Part shown: piece by piece, positions 17,581 through 28,123 of the stretch | Layout: the number at the start of each line of letters is the position of its first letter | Position numbering within the stretch: the first letter of the stretch is position 1 | Source: Chitinophagales bacterium | GTDB taxonomy: Bacteria; Bacteroidota; Bacteroidia; Chitinophagales; Chitinophagaceae | Direction of reading: 5' to 3' | DNA length: 64,000 nt | NCBI GenBank assembly: GCA_038247635.1 | Contig: JBBRUR010000005.1 | Location: forward strand, 6,723-70,722 | Notes under the pieces: model-generated | The model's database searches: none | What the model saw: only the letters and a program-made list of their open reading frames with translations | Told to the model about the DNA's origin: nothing | Position numbers and translations under genes: made by a program

Positions 17581-18198
17581 TTAAGGCTTCTTAGGGGCGG
17601 GTTTTGCAGGAGCCGAAGTGGTTTTTTTAGGTTCTGGCTCTGCCATAGCCTCTTCCTGGCCCTGGCTTCTTAACTGCTCAGGCAGTGGTATTTTTAGTTC
17701 CCTGGCCACCTTTTCAAAAACATTCTCCACTTTACTACCCATTTCGTAAGCGCCGGGCTTTAATACCACCAGGTAATTATTTGTTTGTAATACTTTACTA
17801 TAGGCACCTAATACTTTTTCAAATAATGGACCGGCTAGTTCCTGGCGTTTTCTGTCGGTTTTTTGTTGCGAAATTTGCTGCCAATAAACCAAAGTGGTTG
17901 CAACTTCATTACGCTGTTTGGTTATATAACCTAATACACTGGCCGACACTTTATCAGCCGAATCCTTTTTAAAAGTACTGTCCAGCCTGCTATATTCACG
18001 CATCGAAAAATCATATTCGCCTTTTAGGGAGTCCTGCTCATAAATTTGCAACATGCTATCTACCACCCGGTAACCGGGCATGGCCTGCACCATAATGTCA
18101 ACGTCAAATACGCCAATTTTTGCGGCCTGGGCGTGGGCACTTGTTCCCGCAAATACCAATCCGGCTACTGCCAATACCACAAATAAAACTTTTTTCAT
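17581..18198 (-). CDS. OmpH/Skp-family periplasmic chaperone
   Basis: ORF trimmed to ATG 18198 (MKKVLFVVLAVAGLVFAGTSAHA signal). Coiled-coil OmpH pattern with a Pro/Lys-rich tail, next to bamA. Confidence 0.8.
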   Translation of the reverse strand: MKKVLFVVLAVAGLVFAGTSAHAQAAKIGVFDVDIMVQAMPGYRVVDSMLQIYEQDSLKGEYDFSMREYSRLDSTFKKDSADKVSASVLGYITKQRNEVATTLVYWQQISQQKTDRKRQELAGPLFEKVLGAYSKVLQTNNYLVVLKPGAYEMGSKVENVFEKVARELKIPLPEQLRSQGQEEAMAEPEPKKTTSAPAKPAPKKP

Positions 18199-18316
18199 TG
18201 CTTGCTTTTTGTAATTTTTCTTTTTGCTCGAAACTGTCGTTAAATTTTTAATTTGCAAATAAACTAACAGGTTTCGGGTGGTTGTTATTGTTTGTTGATA
18301 AAAAATTTGATTGCGT

Positions 18317-18823
18317 TTAATTGATACCTAATTCTTTTAATACTTCGCCGCTCTTATCTAATTTAGGGTCGGCAAATATAACAGTAATTCCTTCACTTTT
18401 ATCCAGCACAAAATCGTATCCCCGGTTAACTGCCATTTTTTGAATTGCGTTGTAAACCTTGTCCTGTATGGGTTTTACCAATTTCTGCCGCTCTTTAAAC
18501 AAATCACCTTCAAAACCAAAACGCTGTTTTTGTAAGTCGCGAACATCCTTTTCTAAATTAAACAACTGGTCTTCCCTTTTCTTTTTCAAATCATCGCTTA
18601 ACATAAACTGCTCGGCATCGTAGTTTCTGTACATAATAGACAACTGAGCTTGCTTGTCGTCAATTTCCTTTTGCCAGGCAGTACCAATTTGGGTAAGTTG
18701 AGCATCCGCATTTTTATACTCGGGCAGTTTGTCTAAAATGTACCTGGTATCAATTACCGCATAGCGCTGTGCACCAACAGCAATAGCCATGAAACTAAAA
18801 ACTACAAATAGAAATTTTTTCAT
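18317..18823 (-). CDS. OmpH/Skp-family periplasmic chaperone
   Basis: Signal MKKFLFVVFSFMAIAVGAQ. OmpH pattern (IDTRYILDKLPEYKNA...LQKQRFG...). Immediately downstream of bamA. Confidence 0.85.
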   Translation of the reverse strand: MKKFLFVVFSFMAIAVGAQRYAVIDTRYILDKLPEYKNADAQLTQIGTAWQKEIDDKQAQLSIMYRNYDAEQFMLSDDLKKKREDQLFNLEKDVRDLQKQRFGFEGDLFKERQKLVKPIQDKVYNAIQKMAVNRGYDFVLDKSEGITVIFADPKLDKSGEVLKELGIN

Positions 18824-18847
18824 ATTGTTTAATTGGGAATTTTGCTG

Positions 18848-21574
18848 TTATTCAGGCTCAAAACCTAGCATAAAGGTAAATTTGGCAGCATCCTTCATTT
18901 TTGAATTTGGCGAGAACCTATCCAATCCTATGCCATAATCGAAACCTAATAAGCCAAACATTGGTAAATAGAACCTCATACCAATACCAACCGACCGCCT
19001 TAGTTGAAACGGATTATATTCCTTAGTTGAATACCAACCATTTGCAGCTTCAAAAAATCCTAAAGCAAAAATTGTACTGCTTGGATTTAAGCTAAGCGGG
19101 TACCGCATTTCCACTGTGTACTTATTAAATATGGTAAAAAAGCGTTGCGTTCCCTGCTGATCGGGATTTATGCGCGGGTTGCTGTTATTGTAAACGGGGT
19201 AACCCCTATGTGCAATAATATCGTATCCTAGTAAGGCAAAGTTGTTACTTAAACCAGCATCGCCCACCTGAAAACGTTCAAAAGGCGATACTTGCAATTC
19301 TTTATTATACCTCCCTATGTACCCGTACTTCACTGCTGCTTTTAATACAAATTGCTTATTACGCTCGGCACCATGGGGTTTACCTAATGGTACATACCAC
19401 TCCCCATTGAAACGCCATTTGTGGTATTCAACAAGTTCGTATGGGTTGAGCGATTTAACCCTTCCCGGATCCAGTTTTGACCATGGAGGTGTTATTTGAG
19501 TACTTAATAAAAACGACGACCCACTGCTTGGAAAAATTGGTTGGTTAACCGATGAGCGCTGTAACGCAAACTTTAAGTTAAAGTTGTTGGAGAATCCATT
19601 ACTAAAACCTTCAAAAATGGCATAATCCTTAATTTGGTAACGCGTGTAGTTTACAGACGTAATAAGGTTAAAAAAGTCGTCGGGCCATTTTAATTGTTTA
19701 CCAAGGCTAACACTTACACCGCTCGTTTGTATAAAAGCATCGTTGTTCGTAAACGTTTGTCTACCAGTTCTAAAATCAAAACCGCCGGTACGATACTTTG
19801 TATCGTACACACTAACGGTAAAGGAGTTGCGTTTTTTGCCTCCTAACCAGGGTTCAGTAAACGAAAAGTTGTACGACCTGAAGGCCTTGCCATTACTCTG
19901 CAACCTTAGGCTTAGCTTTTGGCCATCGCCGGTTGGCAACGGATCCCATGCCTGCTTTTTCCAAATATTTTTAATTGAAAAATTGTTGAAGGTAACCCCT
20001 ACAGTACCAGTTAAACCAATACCACCACCCCAGCCAGCACTTAACTCCAACTGGTCGCTCGACTTTTCTTCTACCGTGTAGTTAATATCCACTGTGCCAT
20101 CGTCAGGGTTCGGTACGGGGTTAATTCCAATTTTTTCCTGGTTAAAGTAGTTAAGACTGGATATTTCTCTTTGCGAACGAATAAGGTCTGTCCGGCTAAA
20201 TTTTTCGCCTGGTATAGTCCTAAGTTCCCGCCTTATAACGTGTTCCTTAGTTTTGTCGTTACCTGCTATTCTTACGTTTTTAATGGTAGCCTGCGGCCCT
20301 TCTATCACCCTTATTTCGTAATCGATTGTATCGTTATAAACCGCAGTTTCAACTGCTTCAGTCCTAAAAAACAAATATCCATCGTCCATGTACAGCCCGC
20401 TTATATCGCCACCTTCAGGACTTAATTCTTTACCCAGGCGCTTATTCAATGTTTCAAGGTTGTAAATGTCGCCCTTCTTAATACCCAACAACATAGCAAG
20501 TGTACTATCGGTATACTTTGTGTTTCCACGCCAGGCTATATCGCCAAAATAATATTGACGGCCTTCATTTACTTTAATATCAATATTTAAATTTCCTTGT
20601 TTATTGTAGTACAACGTATCGTCTTCAATTATAGCATCGCGGTGGCCTAGGCTGTTGTAGTAGGCCAATATCTTTTCTTTGTCTTCGGCAAACTTTTTTT
20701 CGCTGAATTTGGCCGACGATAATTTTATCCTCACAAAAGGATCAAGCAATTCTTTAGTTTTTGAAAAGGATAAAAATCCGTTATGAGCGAGATAATCGTT
20801 AAATGTTAGGCGACGTGGTACATCAAAACCCCCTACAACGGCAGGAGGGTACAGGGTTAAACGCGACATTTCCTTTGTACCTTTCAGCTGCTTTTTTAGC
20901 TTGGCGTCGCTGATTTCGTTGCTTACAAAATTAATTTCGTTTATTTTAACTTTATTGCCTTTGTCAATCAAAAAGGTAAGGTCCAGCGAGTTTTCTATCT
21001 TAGTATCCTTTTCTTCTTCAACCTTAATCTTTACACCTCTATACCCTTTTTCGCTAAAATATTTGTCAATTGCTTCAATTGCCGACCTACGGTTGTTTTC
21101 AGTTACAATACGGCCCTTTACCAGACCCACCTTAGCCTTTAAGTCATCGGCCTGGGATTTTGTGATACCCTTAAAAACAAAATTGGCTAGCCTTGGCCGT
21201 TCAACCACTGAAATTTCAAGGTAAATAGTTAGCTCCTCCAGCCGGGTTACGTATACTTCTACATCGCTAAAATAGTTTTGTTTCCAAAGGTTGGTAATGG
21301 CTCTTGCAAACTGGTCGCCTCCGGGAATTACAATTTCATCGCCCACATTTATGCCGGCTACCGACGCCAGCAATGCTGTGTCAAAGTACTTATTACCAGA
21401 AATTTGGATTGCGGCAACTTTGTATTTTTTGGGAATTTTTTGCGTAAAAAGATTTTCCAGGGTTACGTCAATAGAAGTAGCTGGCTCTTCAGGGGTTTCC
21501 TGTGAAAACGCCTTTGGGATCAGGATCCAGCAAGCAGCCAACAGCAATAAGGTTGTTTTGTATATGTTCCGCAT
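18848..21574 (-). CDS. bamA: outer membrane protein assembly factor BamA
   Basis: 908 aa with a signal peptide, POTRA-like repeats (e.g. IQISGNKYFDTALLASVAGINVGDEI) and a C-terminal Omp85 barrel. It sits in the conserved uppS-bamA-skp-skp order. Confidence 0.9.
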   Translation of the reverse strand: MRNIYKTTLLLLAACWILIPKAFSQETPEEPATSIDVTLENLFTQKIPKKYKVAAIQISGNKYFDTALLASVAGINVGDEIVIPGGDQFARAITNLWKQNYFSDVEVYVTRLEELTIYLEISVVERPRLANFVFKGITKSQADDLKAKVGLVKGRIVTENNRRSAIEAIDKYFSEKGYRGVKIKVEEEKDTKIENSLDLTFLIDKGNKVKINEINFVSNEISDAKLKKQLKGTKEMSRLTLYPPAVVGGFDVPRRLTFNDYLAHNGFLSFSKTKELLDPFVRIKLSSAKFSEKKFAEDKEKILAYYNSLGHRDAIIEDDTLYYNKQGNLNIDIKVNEGRQYYFGDIAWRGNTKYTDSTLAMLLGIKKGDIYNLETLNKRLGKELSPEGGDISGLYMDDGYLFFRTEAVETAVYNDTIDYEIRVIEGPQATIKNVRIAGNDKTKEHVIRRELRTIPGEKFSRTDLIRSQREISSLNYFNQEKIGINPVPNPDDGTVDINYTVEEKSSDQLELSAGWGGGIGLTGTVGVTFNNFSIKNIWKKQAWDPLPTGDGQKLSLRLQSNGKAFRSYNFSFTEPWLGGKKRNSFTVSVYDTKYRTGGFDFRTGRQTFTNNDAFIQTSGVSVSLGKQLKWPDDFFNLITSVNYTRYQIKDYAIFEGFSNGFSNNFNLKFALQRSSVNQPIFPSSGSSFLLSTQITPPWSKLDPGRVKSLNPYELVEYHKWRFNGEWYVPLGKPHGAERNKQFVLKAAVKYGYIGRYNKELQVSPFERFQVGDAGLSNNFALLGYDIIAHRGYPVYNNSNPRINPDQQGTQRFFTIFNKYTVEMRYPLSLNPSSTIFALGFFEAANGWYSTKEYNPFQLRRSVGIGMRFYLPMFGLLGFDYGIGLDRFSPNSKMKDAAKFTFMLGFEPE

Positions 21575-21725
21575 TAATAGCCAGTTATATTTTTTTTTTG
21601 CACAAAAGGGCCATCATCCCCAGCCTTTACACACGTTATCGGGGCAATTTAACAGGATTAATTGAAAGTGTTTGTTAAATAGCTATTAGTAATGCATAAA
21701 ATATATGCGGCCGTAAAACATTGTG

Positions 21726-22475
21726 TTAGCCTGCGTTTACCTGTTCGCTTATCTTACCAAACCGCCTTTCGCGTCCCTGGAAGTCAAGGATAGCTTCATA
21801 AAGATTATTTTTTCTAAAGTCGGGCCAGCGGGTATGGGTAAAGTACAATTCGGTATAGGCAGATTGATACAGTAAGAAATTACTTATCCTAAAATCTCCA
21901 CTTGTCCTTATCATTAATTCGGGGTCGGGAATATTTTTGGTACACAGGTATTGCTCAAAAGTATCGCTGTTTACACCGGCTGATGTTAATTTACCTGTCT
22001 CCACATCGGCCGCTATGTTTTTTACCGCGTTTATCAGCTCCCACCTGCTGCTATAACTTAGGGCCATTACCAGGTTTAGCCCGGTATTTTGGCTGGTCAT
22101 TTCCAGCGCTTCCATCATTTCGGTATAAGCAAATTTTGGTAACATTTGCATATTACCTATTACGTGTAGCCTGATATTGTTTTTATTAAGTGTTTCTACT
22201 TCTTTTCTTATGGTGTCAACCAGTAAGTCCATAAGGCCCATTACTTCATTTTGTGGCCGCTCCCAGTTTTCGGTACTAAAAGCATACAAGGTTAAATAAT
22301 TTACTCCAAGCTCAGCGCAGCCTTCAACAATATTGCGTACACTTTCCACTCCATGGTAATGACCATATAGTCTATCCTGCCCCTGCTCCTTTGCCCAGCG
22401 GCCGTTACCATCCATAATAATGGCTATGTGTTTAGGCAATCGGTTTAGGTCTATTTTATGTTTCAGATCCAGCAT
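21726..22475 (-). CDS. uppS: isoprenyl transferase (undecaprenyl diphosphate synthase)
   Basis: Motifs IIMDGNGRWA, YAFSTENWERP and RTSGDFRISNFLLYQSAYTELYF. The ORF track starts at TTG 22502; I prefer ATG 22475 (MLDLKHK...). Confidence 0.9.
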   Translation of the reverse strand: MLDLKHKIDLNRLPKHIAIIMDGNGRWAKEQGQDRLYGHYHGVESVRNIVEGCAELGVNYLTLYAFSTENWERPQNEVMGLMDLLVDTIRKEVETLNKNNIRLHVIGNMQMLPKFAYTEMMEALEMTSQNTGLNLVMALSYSSRWELINAVKNIAADVETGKLTSAGVNSDTFEQYLCTKNIPDPELMIRTSGDFRISNFLLYQSAYTELYFTHTRWPDFRKNNLYEAILDFQGRERRFGKISEQVNAG

Positions 22476-22910
22476 GTTTTCAAACCGTTTAACGGTTGCC
22501 AAAGGTAGTAATTTAAGGTAGCTCCCTTATAAATGTTTTAGTTCAATTTTTGACTATCGTATGGGTTAAAGTTATTTTAATTTAAATAAGCCGATGCTTC
22601 AAATTTGGGCTAATTGAGTGGTCCTTTACTGGTTTGGTTACCGGTTGTTTACTTATTTGCCGTAAAAAGTTTTATAAATAAAAAATACCCGACAACCACT
22701 TCGCCAACCCATGGTAGGCAAAAGCATGGTTTCAGCGAGTTTTATGGGTTGGCACAGAAAAATAAATTAAAAGAAATAAACCATTAACCCATTACAGGCT
22801 AATTAATATGTCTACGGCTGGCATAAATAGTAAATTTTTAACTTTACTATGCCTATAAAACGCCTTACCTGTCATTTATTATTTTCTGAGAATAACCACC
22901 TGTAAATTAG

Positions 22911-23759
22911 TTAAGGTGCAGGGCATTTGTACGACGACAAATTGAACGAAATTCCTACCAGTGCTATGGCGTATCCATCTTTTTGGCTACTATTGCCACG
23001 CTGGCGGCCCTTAATGCCTATAGGCAACCCTGTTTCGTAGCTTCTGTCGGCCAATAACTGGGCTACTGATGGCTGGCCGTTTGGTAAAGCTGTAAATGCA
23101 TCGGGGGTGTAGGTTAAACTTACGTCGTCTAAATAATCGGTATTAGTGAACCTGTAACCAGCCTCTATAAAAATATTGGTTGAAGGGTTTATGTTATATT
23201 TAAAGCCAAAAGATATGGGGAAGCTAATGGCCATTGAGCCATAAGGTTTGCGGTCAGGATAAAATGAACTTCCCTGGCCTTCGGTGCCAAGTGGCCGTAA
23301 AAAATATTTTTGTTTGGCCAAATATGCATACGGATCGTATGAAAAAACACCAACACCTAATGATACATATGGAGTGTATGTATACCCTTCAATACCTGGG
23401 TAAAATTTAAAGAAATTAAAATCGCCGCTCAGCGAGAGTTCCCAAATATTTGAATTAAAGCTAAGGTTTCGGCGTTTTTGGGTTTCGTTAGTACTGTAAG
23501 TATCGGAATAACCCAATTGCGCGTAATTAGCTGCTACTTTAATACCTATATAATTGCCAAACTGCTTACGAAAAAATGCACCAGCACTAATTTTTGGCCT
23601 GTTAAGCGCAGCCCGCGTATTAAGGTCGCCAAAATAGTGGGCGGCGCCAATGCCAATTCCAAACTCGCCTTCCTGCACGTAACTATCCATTATTTGCGCA
23701 TTGGCTACTATTGTAGCAGCCACTAAGGTAATTACGGCCAAAAATTTTTTTACTATCAT
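22911..23759 (-). CDS. outer-membrane beta-barrel protein (DUF6089-like)
   Basis: ORF trimmed to ATG 23759 (MIVKKFLAVITLVAATIVANAQ signal). It has alternating aromatic/Gly beta-strand patterns. It holds the conserved position between nadK and uppS in Bacteroidota as I recall it. Confidence 0.5.
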   Translation of the reverse strand: MIVKKFLAVITLVAATIVANAQIMDSYVQEGEFGIGIGAAHYFGDLNTRAALNRPKISAGAFFRKQFGNYIGIKVAANYAQLGYSDTYSTNETQKRRNLSFNSNIWELSLSGDFNFFKFYPGIEGYTYTPYVSLGVGVFSYDPYAYLAKQKYFLRPLGTEGQGSSFYPDRKPYGSMAISFPISFGFKYNINPSTNIFIEAGYRFTNTDYLDDVSLTYTPDAFTALPNGQPSVAQLLADRSYETGLPIGIKGRQRGNSSQKDGYAIALVGISFNLSSYKCPAP

Positions 23760-23819
23760 GATTGCAAAATAACGAATGATACTATAACGCATTACTGGCA
23801 AAAATCTTTTAACAAGCAG

Positions 23820-24698
23820 TTAATTTCTTTTATCTACTCCCCAGGTAAGTTTTTCGCGCAGGGTGTTTAAAAAGCTGTTTTCGTTTAACCTAAGGAGGTT
23901 AATGGTAAACTTTTCTTTTTTAACCGCCAGTTGAATATCCATATCAACAATTTCGCGCCGGGCATCCATAGCGCAAATAAACTGGCTGGCCCGTCCTTCT
24001 ACTTCAAAGCTTATTATATTATCGTCGGGTATAATAATTGACCGGGTGGTGAGGCTATGGGGCGCTATGGGGGTAATAACAAAACTGCCACTTTCGGGAA
24101 AAACAATGGGTCCATTGCAACTCATATTATACCCGGTTGAGCCGGTTGGTGTGCTTACCAGCAAACCATCGGCCCAATAACTGTTTAAAAACTCGCCGTT
24201 TAGGTAGGTATGAATGCGTATCATGGGCGATGTATCCCGTTTATGAATGGCAAATTCATTTAGCGCAAACGGACTGTCGCCAAACAGGGGTATACTTGCA
24301 TTTAGGTGCATAAGGGTACGGTGGTCTACCACAAACGACTGATTTACCAAAGCTTCTACCGCGCTTGCAATATTTTCCTTACCAAGGCTGGCTAAAAAGC
24401 CCAGCCGCCCAAAGTTTATTCCTAGTATGGGTATGCCCTTATCGCGTACAAGTACAGCCGTATCAAGCATGGTTCCATCGCCACCAAGGCTAATAATGCA
24501 GTCAATGTTTTCATCAAGCTCCTTATACGACGAAAATAAGGTAAACTCAATAGGAAGCATTTTTAACACCGAGTGTGGTGATACAAGGCTTTTATAGAGG
24601 CAAATTTTTACTTTATACCTCGTTAATTCTTCTAACAACGACAACAGGTGTCCCTCCTGCTCCACTTCAATTCCGCGGGAATAAATTGCAACTTTCAT
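23820..24698 (-). CDS. nadK: NAD kinase
   Basis: Motifs GGDGTML, NFGRLGFL and TPTGSTGYN. Confidence 0.95.
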   Translation of the reverse strand: MKVAIYSRGIEVEQEGHLLSLLEELTRYKVKICLYKSLVSPHSVLKMLPIEFTLFSSYKELDENIDCIISLGGDGTMLDTAVLVRDKGIPILGINFGRLGFLASLGKENIASAVEALVNQSFVVDHRTLMHLNASIPLFGDSPFALNEFAIHKRDTSPMIRIHTYLNGEFLNSYWADGLLVSTPTGSTGYNMSCNGPIVFPESGSFVITPIAPHSLTTRSIIIPDDNIISFEVEGRASQFICAMDARREIVDMDIQLAVKKEKFTINLLRLNENSFLNTLREKLTWGVDKRN

Positions 24699-24904
24699 TA
24701 ATTACATTTTGCTATTAAAGCCTGAAAGAATAAAAATTGATAAAATATAATGGAATGTATTTATGTGGTATCAACCGTATAACGTATTTCAAAAGTATTA
24801 AAATTTAATTACCAGCACCGAAAGGTAATGGTTTAATTATTGGTGTTTTAAGTGGTGGCTGAAAAAGAAAGTAAGTTTAAGACTGGCTATGCGGCGTCAG
24901 GAGG

Positions 24905-26356
24905 TTAAAAATCACTCTTGCTATGAATATAAAGATCGCGCTGGCCAATTTGGTTGTAACTATATTCAAGCTTTAAAACAATATCGTAAATAGTGATGAT
25001 ATCAATACCCACACCCCAGGTACGTAACAGTTTGTTGTTAAAGGTATTATTACCCGGGCTGGGGTTGTACGAATACCCTGCATCTCCATAGGCTTTTAAA
25101 TAAAGCTTGATGGGTATACGTTCAACATTTTTTACGGGTAGGGGGTTTTTAAAATTAAGATTAAGCACCTGTTTTATAAAGGTGGCCCTTGCAACACCGC
25201 CCGCTACACCATCTACTACAAAGTACTCCATTCCTCTCATGTACAGGTCGCTGCCACCCATTACCCGCTTATTGTAATAGGGTTGTTTAAATGGCACCTT
25301 TAAAATGCCGCTTGCCTGAAACTGCATATAAGTACCAGGTAATATCTTTTTAGTATAAGTACCCCTTGCTGCCAACTCAGTAAGGTTGTTTTTTGTACCA
25401 AAACGTTGGTATAACCTTGCTGTACCTGAAAAGCCTTTTAACGGGTAGGGTATATAGTCAACATCATAGTATTCAATATTATAGCTAATGTCAGGAAACC
25501 TTACACGGCTTGTTGCACAGTCAAAAAATTGTGGATTTATTTTTAAAACGGTGTCGCCCAGTTGAATATCGGTATAGGCTAACCTAAAGGTGTGCCGTGT
25601 TTTTATGGCAGGCCTGTAAGTGTAGGCGAGGTCAACGTGAAATTGGCGTATAGAAAATGTTTCCTCGTTTTTAAAAAAGAACTGTTTATCGTTTACCGTA
25701 GCCAAATTTAATTCACGGTTTCGGCTGTACGATACACCCACATTAATTCCATGAACAAGTTTTTTATCTAAAAAAGGATTTTCGTACCGTAAGGTAGCCT
25801 GCTGAGTATACCCGTTAATAAGCCAAAAATTCAGTTTATCGTTTCTGCCACTAAAGTTATTATGAAAAAATTTTAACCCGTAGTTAATCCTTTCCAGGCT
25901 CTTATTATGCTCAACCCACCAGCTGTTAAAGTTGCGGTCAATCATTTTAAAATAAGGAACGGGAAAAACGTACCAACGCTCTTTCACGTTTACATGAATG
26001 GTTGCCACATTGTCCGAAAAATATACCGGATTAACTTCAACATCAACAAATAAACTGGTGTTCATTAGTTGTTGGCGGGTAAGCGTAACTAATTTTGCCA
26101 ATTGTTCGCGGCTAACCAAATCGCCTTTTTTCAAGGCAATTTCCCGCTGTATGATGTACGATTTTGTTTGCTTAAATCCGGTAATTAGTATGTTATTTAT
26201 CTCAACTTTTGCCTTTTCCAGCGAGTCCACAGTAATATTACCCAACATTCCGCCAGAGGCAACATTTGCCGGCAGCCGTACTTCAGAAAATAAACTGAAC
26301 AAGGTGGCAGGCAATCCAAAAAATAAAATAAGCCTCAGCTTAGCCAAATTTAACAT
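24905..26356 (-). CDS. Omp85 (BamA/TamA)-family outer membrane protein, single POTRA
   Basis: POTRA-like INNILITGFKQTKSYIIQREIALKKGDLVSREQLAKL followed by an aromatic-rich beta-barrel ending in ..YIHSKSDF. Confidence 0.65.
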   Translation of the reverse strand: MLNLAKLRLILFFGLPATLFSLFSEVRLPANVASGGMLGNITVDSLEKAKVEINNILITGFKQTKSYIIQREIALKKGDLVSREQLAKLVTLTRQQLMNTSLFVDVEVNPVYFSDNVATIHVNVKERWYVFPVPYFKMIDRNFNSWWVEHNKSLERINYGLKFFHNNFSGRNDKLNFWLINGYTQQATLRYENPFLDKKLVHGINVGVSYSRNRELNLATVNDKQFFFKNEETFSIRQFHVDLAYTYRPAIKTRHTFRLAYTDIQLGDTVLKINPQFFDCATSRVRFPDISYNIEYYDVDYIPYPLKGFSGTARLYQRFGTKNNLTELAARGTYTKKILPGTYMQFQASGILKVPFKQPYYNKRVMGGSDLYMRGMEYFVVDGVAGGVARATFIKQVLNLNFKNPLPVKNVERIPIKLYLKAYGDAGYSYNPSPGNNTFNNKLLRTWGVGIDIITIYDIVLKLEYSYNQIGQRDLYIHSKSDF

Positions 26357-26479
26357 TACTATGCATAACGGTTAAAACACGGAAATAAATATATTTCCTA
26401 AAAAAGTACTAAAAAATTGGAATGGAGATCGTTTAGTTGGGCTAATAAGTAGTTTAAAAAACCAATACTACTTGTAAAA

Positions 26480-27139
26480 TTACATTTTAAGGTACGACAT
26501 TAAATGGTTGAAATTATGTTTAAGTTCATTCTCGTACTCTTCCTCTCCAATAAAAGATTTCACTACATATTCATAACGTTGAAAAGTGGCTATTATATCA
26601 GAAACCTCAAGTTTATTTATTTTGATAGTTACCTCAATCAGGCCGGTATCGTTGTCAAAACTGGTATTTAGCTGTGTAATATAAGCGTCGTTTGTTTCCA
26701 CCAACCTGCTCAACTCGCCAAACGAGTAATTTTTTCTTTCCATCTCCAGTACTATTACCGCACCGGGCTCATCTACTCCAATAAACCGGGCAGCGTACTC
26801 AACCAAACCGGCTTCCGAAATTGAGCCTATTAGTTCGCCTACCTCATCAACCACCGCCACTATTGACAAATTAGATGCTACCGATAATTTTAGAACTGAA
26901 AAAAAATAATCGTCAGCCCTAACCGACTTTTTAATAAGGATGTCTATTAATTCGCCCAGCGTAGCTTCTTCATCGCTATCCTGCAAATCTTCCTTGCTTA
27001 CCAGTCCCAAAAATTTTGCATCAGCCAACACAGGCAAATGCCGCACATCAAACTCATCCATATATTGCAGTGCCAGCGAAGCTTTGTCGGTAAGGCCAAG
27101 TGTTGGATAACTGTTGTTTAATAATTGGCTTGCTAGCAT
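26480..27139 (-). CDS. CBS-domain protein
   Basis: Tandem CBS pattern (FDVRHLPVLADAKFLGLVSKEDL; LSIVAVVDEVGELIGSISEAGL). Confidence 0.8.
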   Translation of the reverse strand: MLASQLLNNSYPTLGLTDKASLALQYMDEFDVRHLPVLADAKFLGLVSKEDLQDSDEEATLGELIDILIKKSVRADDYFFSVLKLSVASNLSIVAVVDEVGELIGSISEAGLVEYAARFIGVDEPGAVIVLEMERKNYSFGELSRLVETNDAYITQLNTSFDNDTGLIEVTIKINKLEVSDIIATFQRYEYVVKSFIGEEEYENELKHNFNHLMSYLKM

Positions 27140-27193
27140 TAAAAAATATTGTAAAAATTAGGGGGTACTGCTCTAAAAAATGGACAATAATGA

Positions 27194-27973
27194 CTATACT
27201 AATGTTGCAGCAGGCTGTTTATGCTTTGCAAGAAAGTTTTCCAATATCGAGTTAAATTCAAAGGGTACTTCCATCATTGGCGCATGCCCACATTTATCAA
27301 TAAAATGTAATTCGCTATTGGGCAATAAGGTATTAAACTCCCTGGCAACAAACGGTGGAGTAATTGTGTCGTTATTTCCCCAAATCAGGCAGGTAGGCTG
27401 CTTTATCTGGATCAGCTCTTCGTTAAGATTATTTCGAATAGCGCTTTTAGCAAGGGCTATGATTTTAATAACTTTTATACGGTTGTTAGTAATTTCAAAT
27501 ACCTCATTTACCAATGCCTCGGTAGCCATAGTGGGATTGTAAAATGTTAATTCGGTTTTTTTGCGGATATAATCACGGTCGCCACGCTTTGGATAGCTGT
27601 CGCCCATTCCGTTTTCAAACAACCCCGAGCTACCTGTAAGCGTTAATGTTTTTATACGTTCAGGGTGCTTTAGCATGTGTACCAGGGCCACATGGCCACC
27701 CAGCGAATTACCCAGTAAATGAATATCATGATAGTCTCCGTACTCAATAAACTTTTGAACATGCTTTGCAAGGCCGCCAACGGTCGTATGAAAAATATCA
27801 AGCTCAAACAGTGGCAAAATAGGAACTACCACTTTATAATGTTGACTAAAATGGTCAATCAGGTCTTTAAAATTGCTAAGGGCACCAAATAATCCGTGCA
27901 ACAATATCAAAGGTTCGCCGTGGCCAACCTCAATAAATTTAAACTTATCCTTATTTTCTATCTCGTAATTCAT
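27194..27973 (-). CDS. alpha/beta hydrolase
   Basis: HG oxyanion motif (LILLHGLFG), nucleophile elbow GNSLGG and C-terminal His (KCGHAPMME). Confidence 0.85.
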   Translation of the reverse strand: MNYEIENKDKFKFIEVGHGEPLILLHGLFGALSNFKDLIDHFSQHYKVVVPILPLFELDIFHTTVGGLAKHVQKFIEYGDYHDIHLLGNSLGGHVALVHMLKHPERIKTLTLTGSSGLFENGMGDSYPKRGDRDYIRKKTELTFYNPTMATEALVNEVFEITNNRIKVIKIIALAKSAIRNNLNEELIQIKQPTCLIWGNNDTITPPFVAREFNTLLPNSELHFIDKCGHAPMMEVPFEFNSILENFLAKHKQPAATLV

Positions 27974-28123
27974 GCAAAGTGGTTCAAATACAATACAATT
28001 GATTTATACAAATAAACAGCTAGAACAGTAACTTGATTAAAATAACTATGTATTAGTCGCTTTTTGTAAAGGGCGGTTTGGCAAAATGCAGGTTTACCTT
28101 TTAAAGGTAACTACTTAACTGCT

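Noticed and set aside
19743-20081. Numerous 60-200 aa antisense or out-of-frame ORFs inside long genes (bamA, susC, GH3, katE, purF, meaB and others)
   Set aside because: Each is fully contained in a longer ORF that has clear family motifs, and none has motifs of its own. This is expected background for this base composition.
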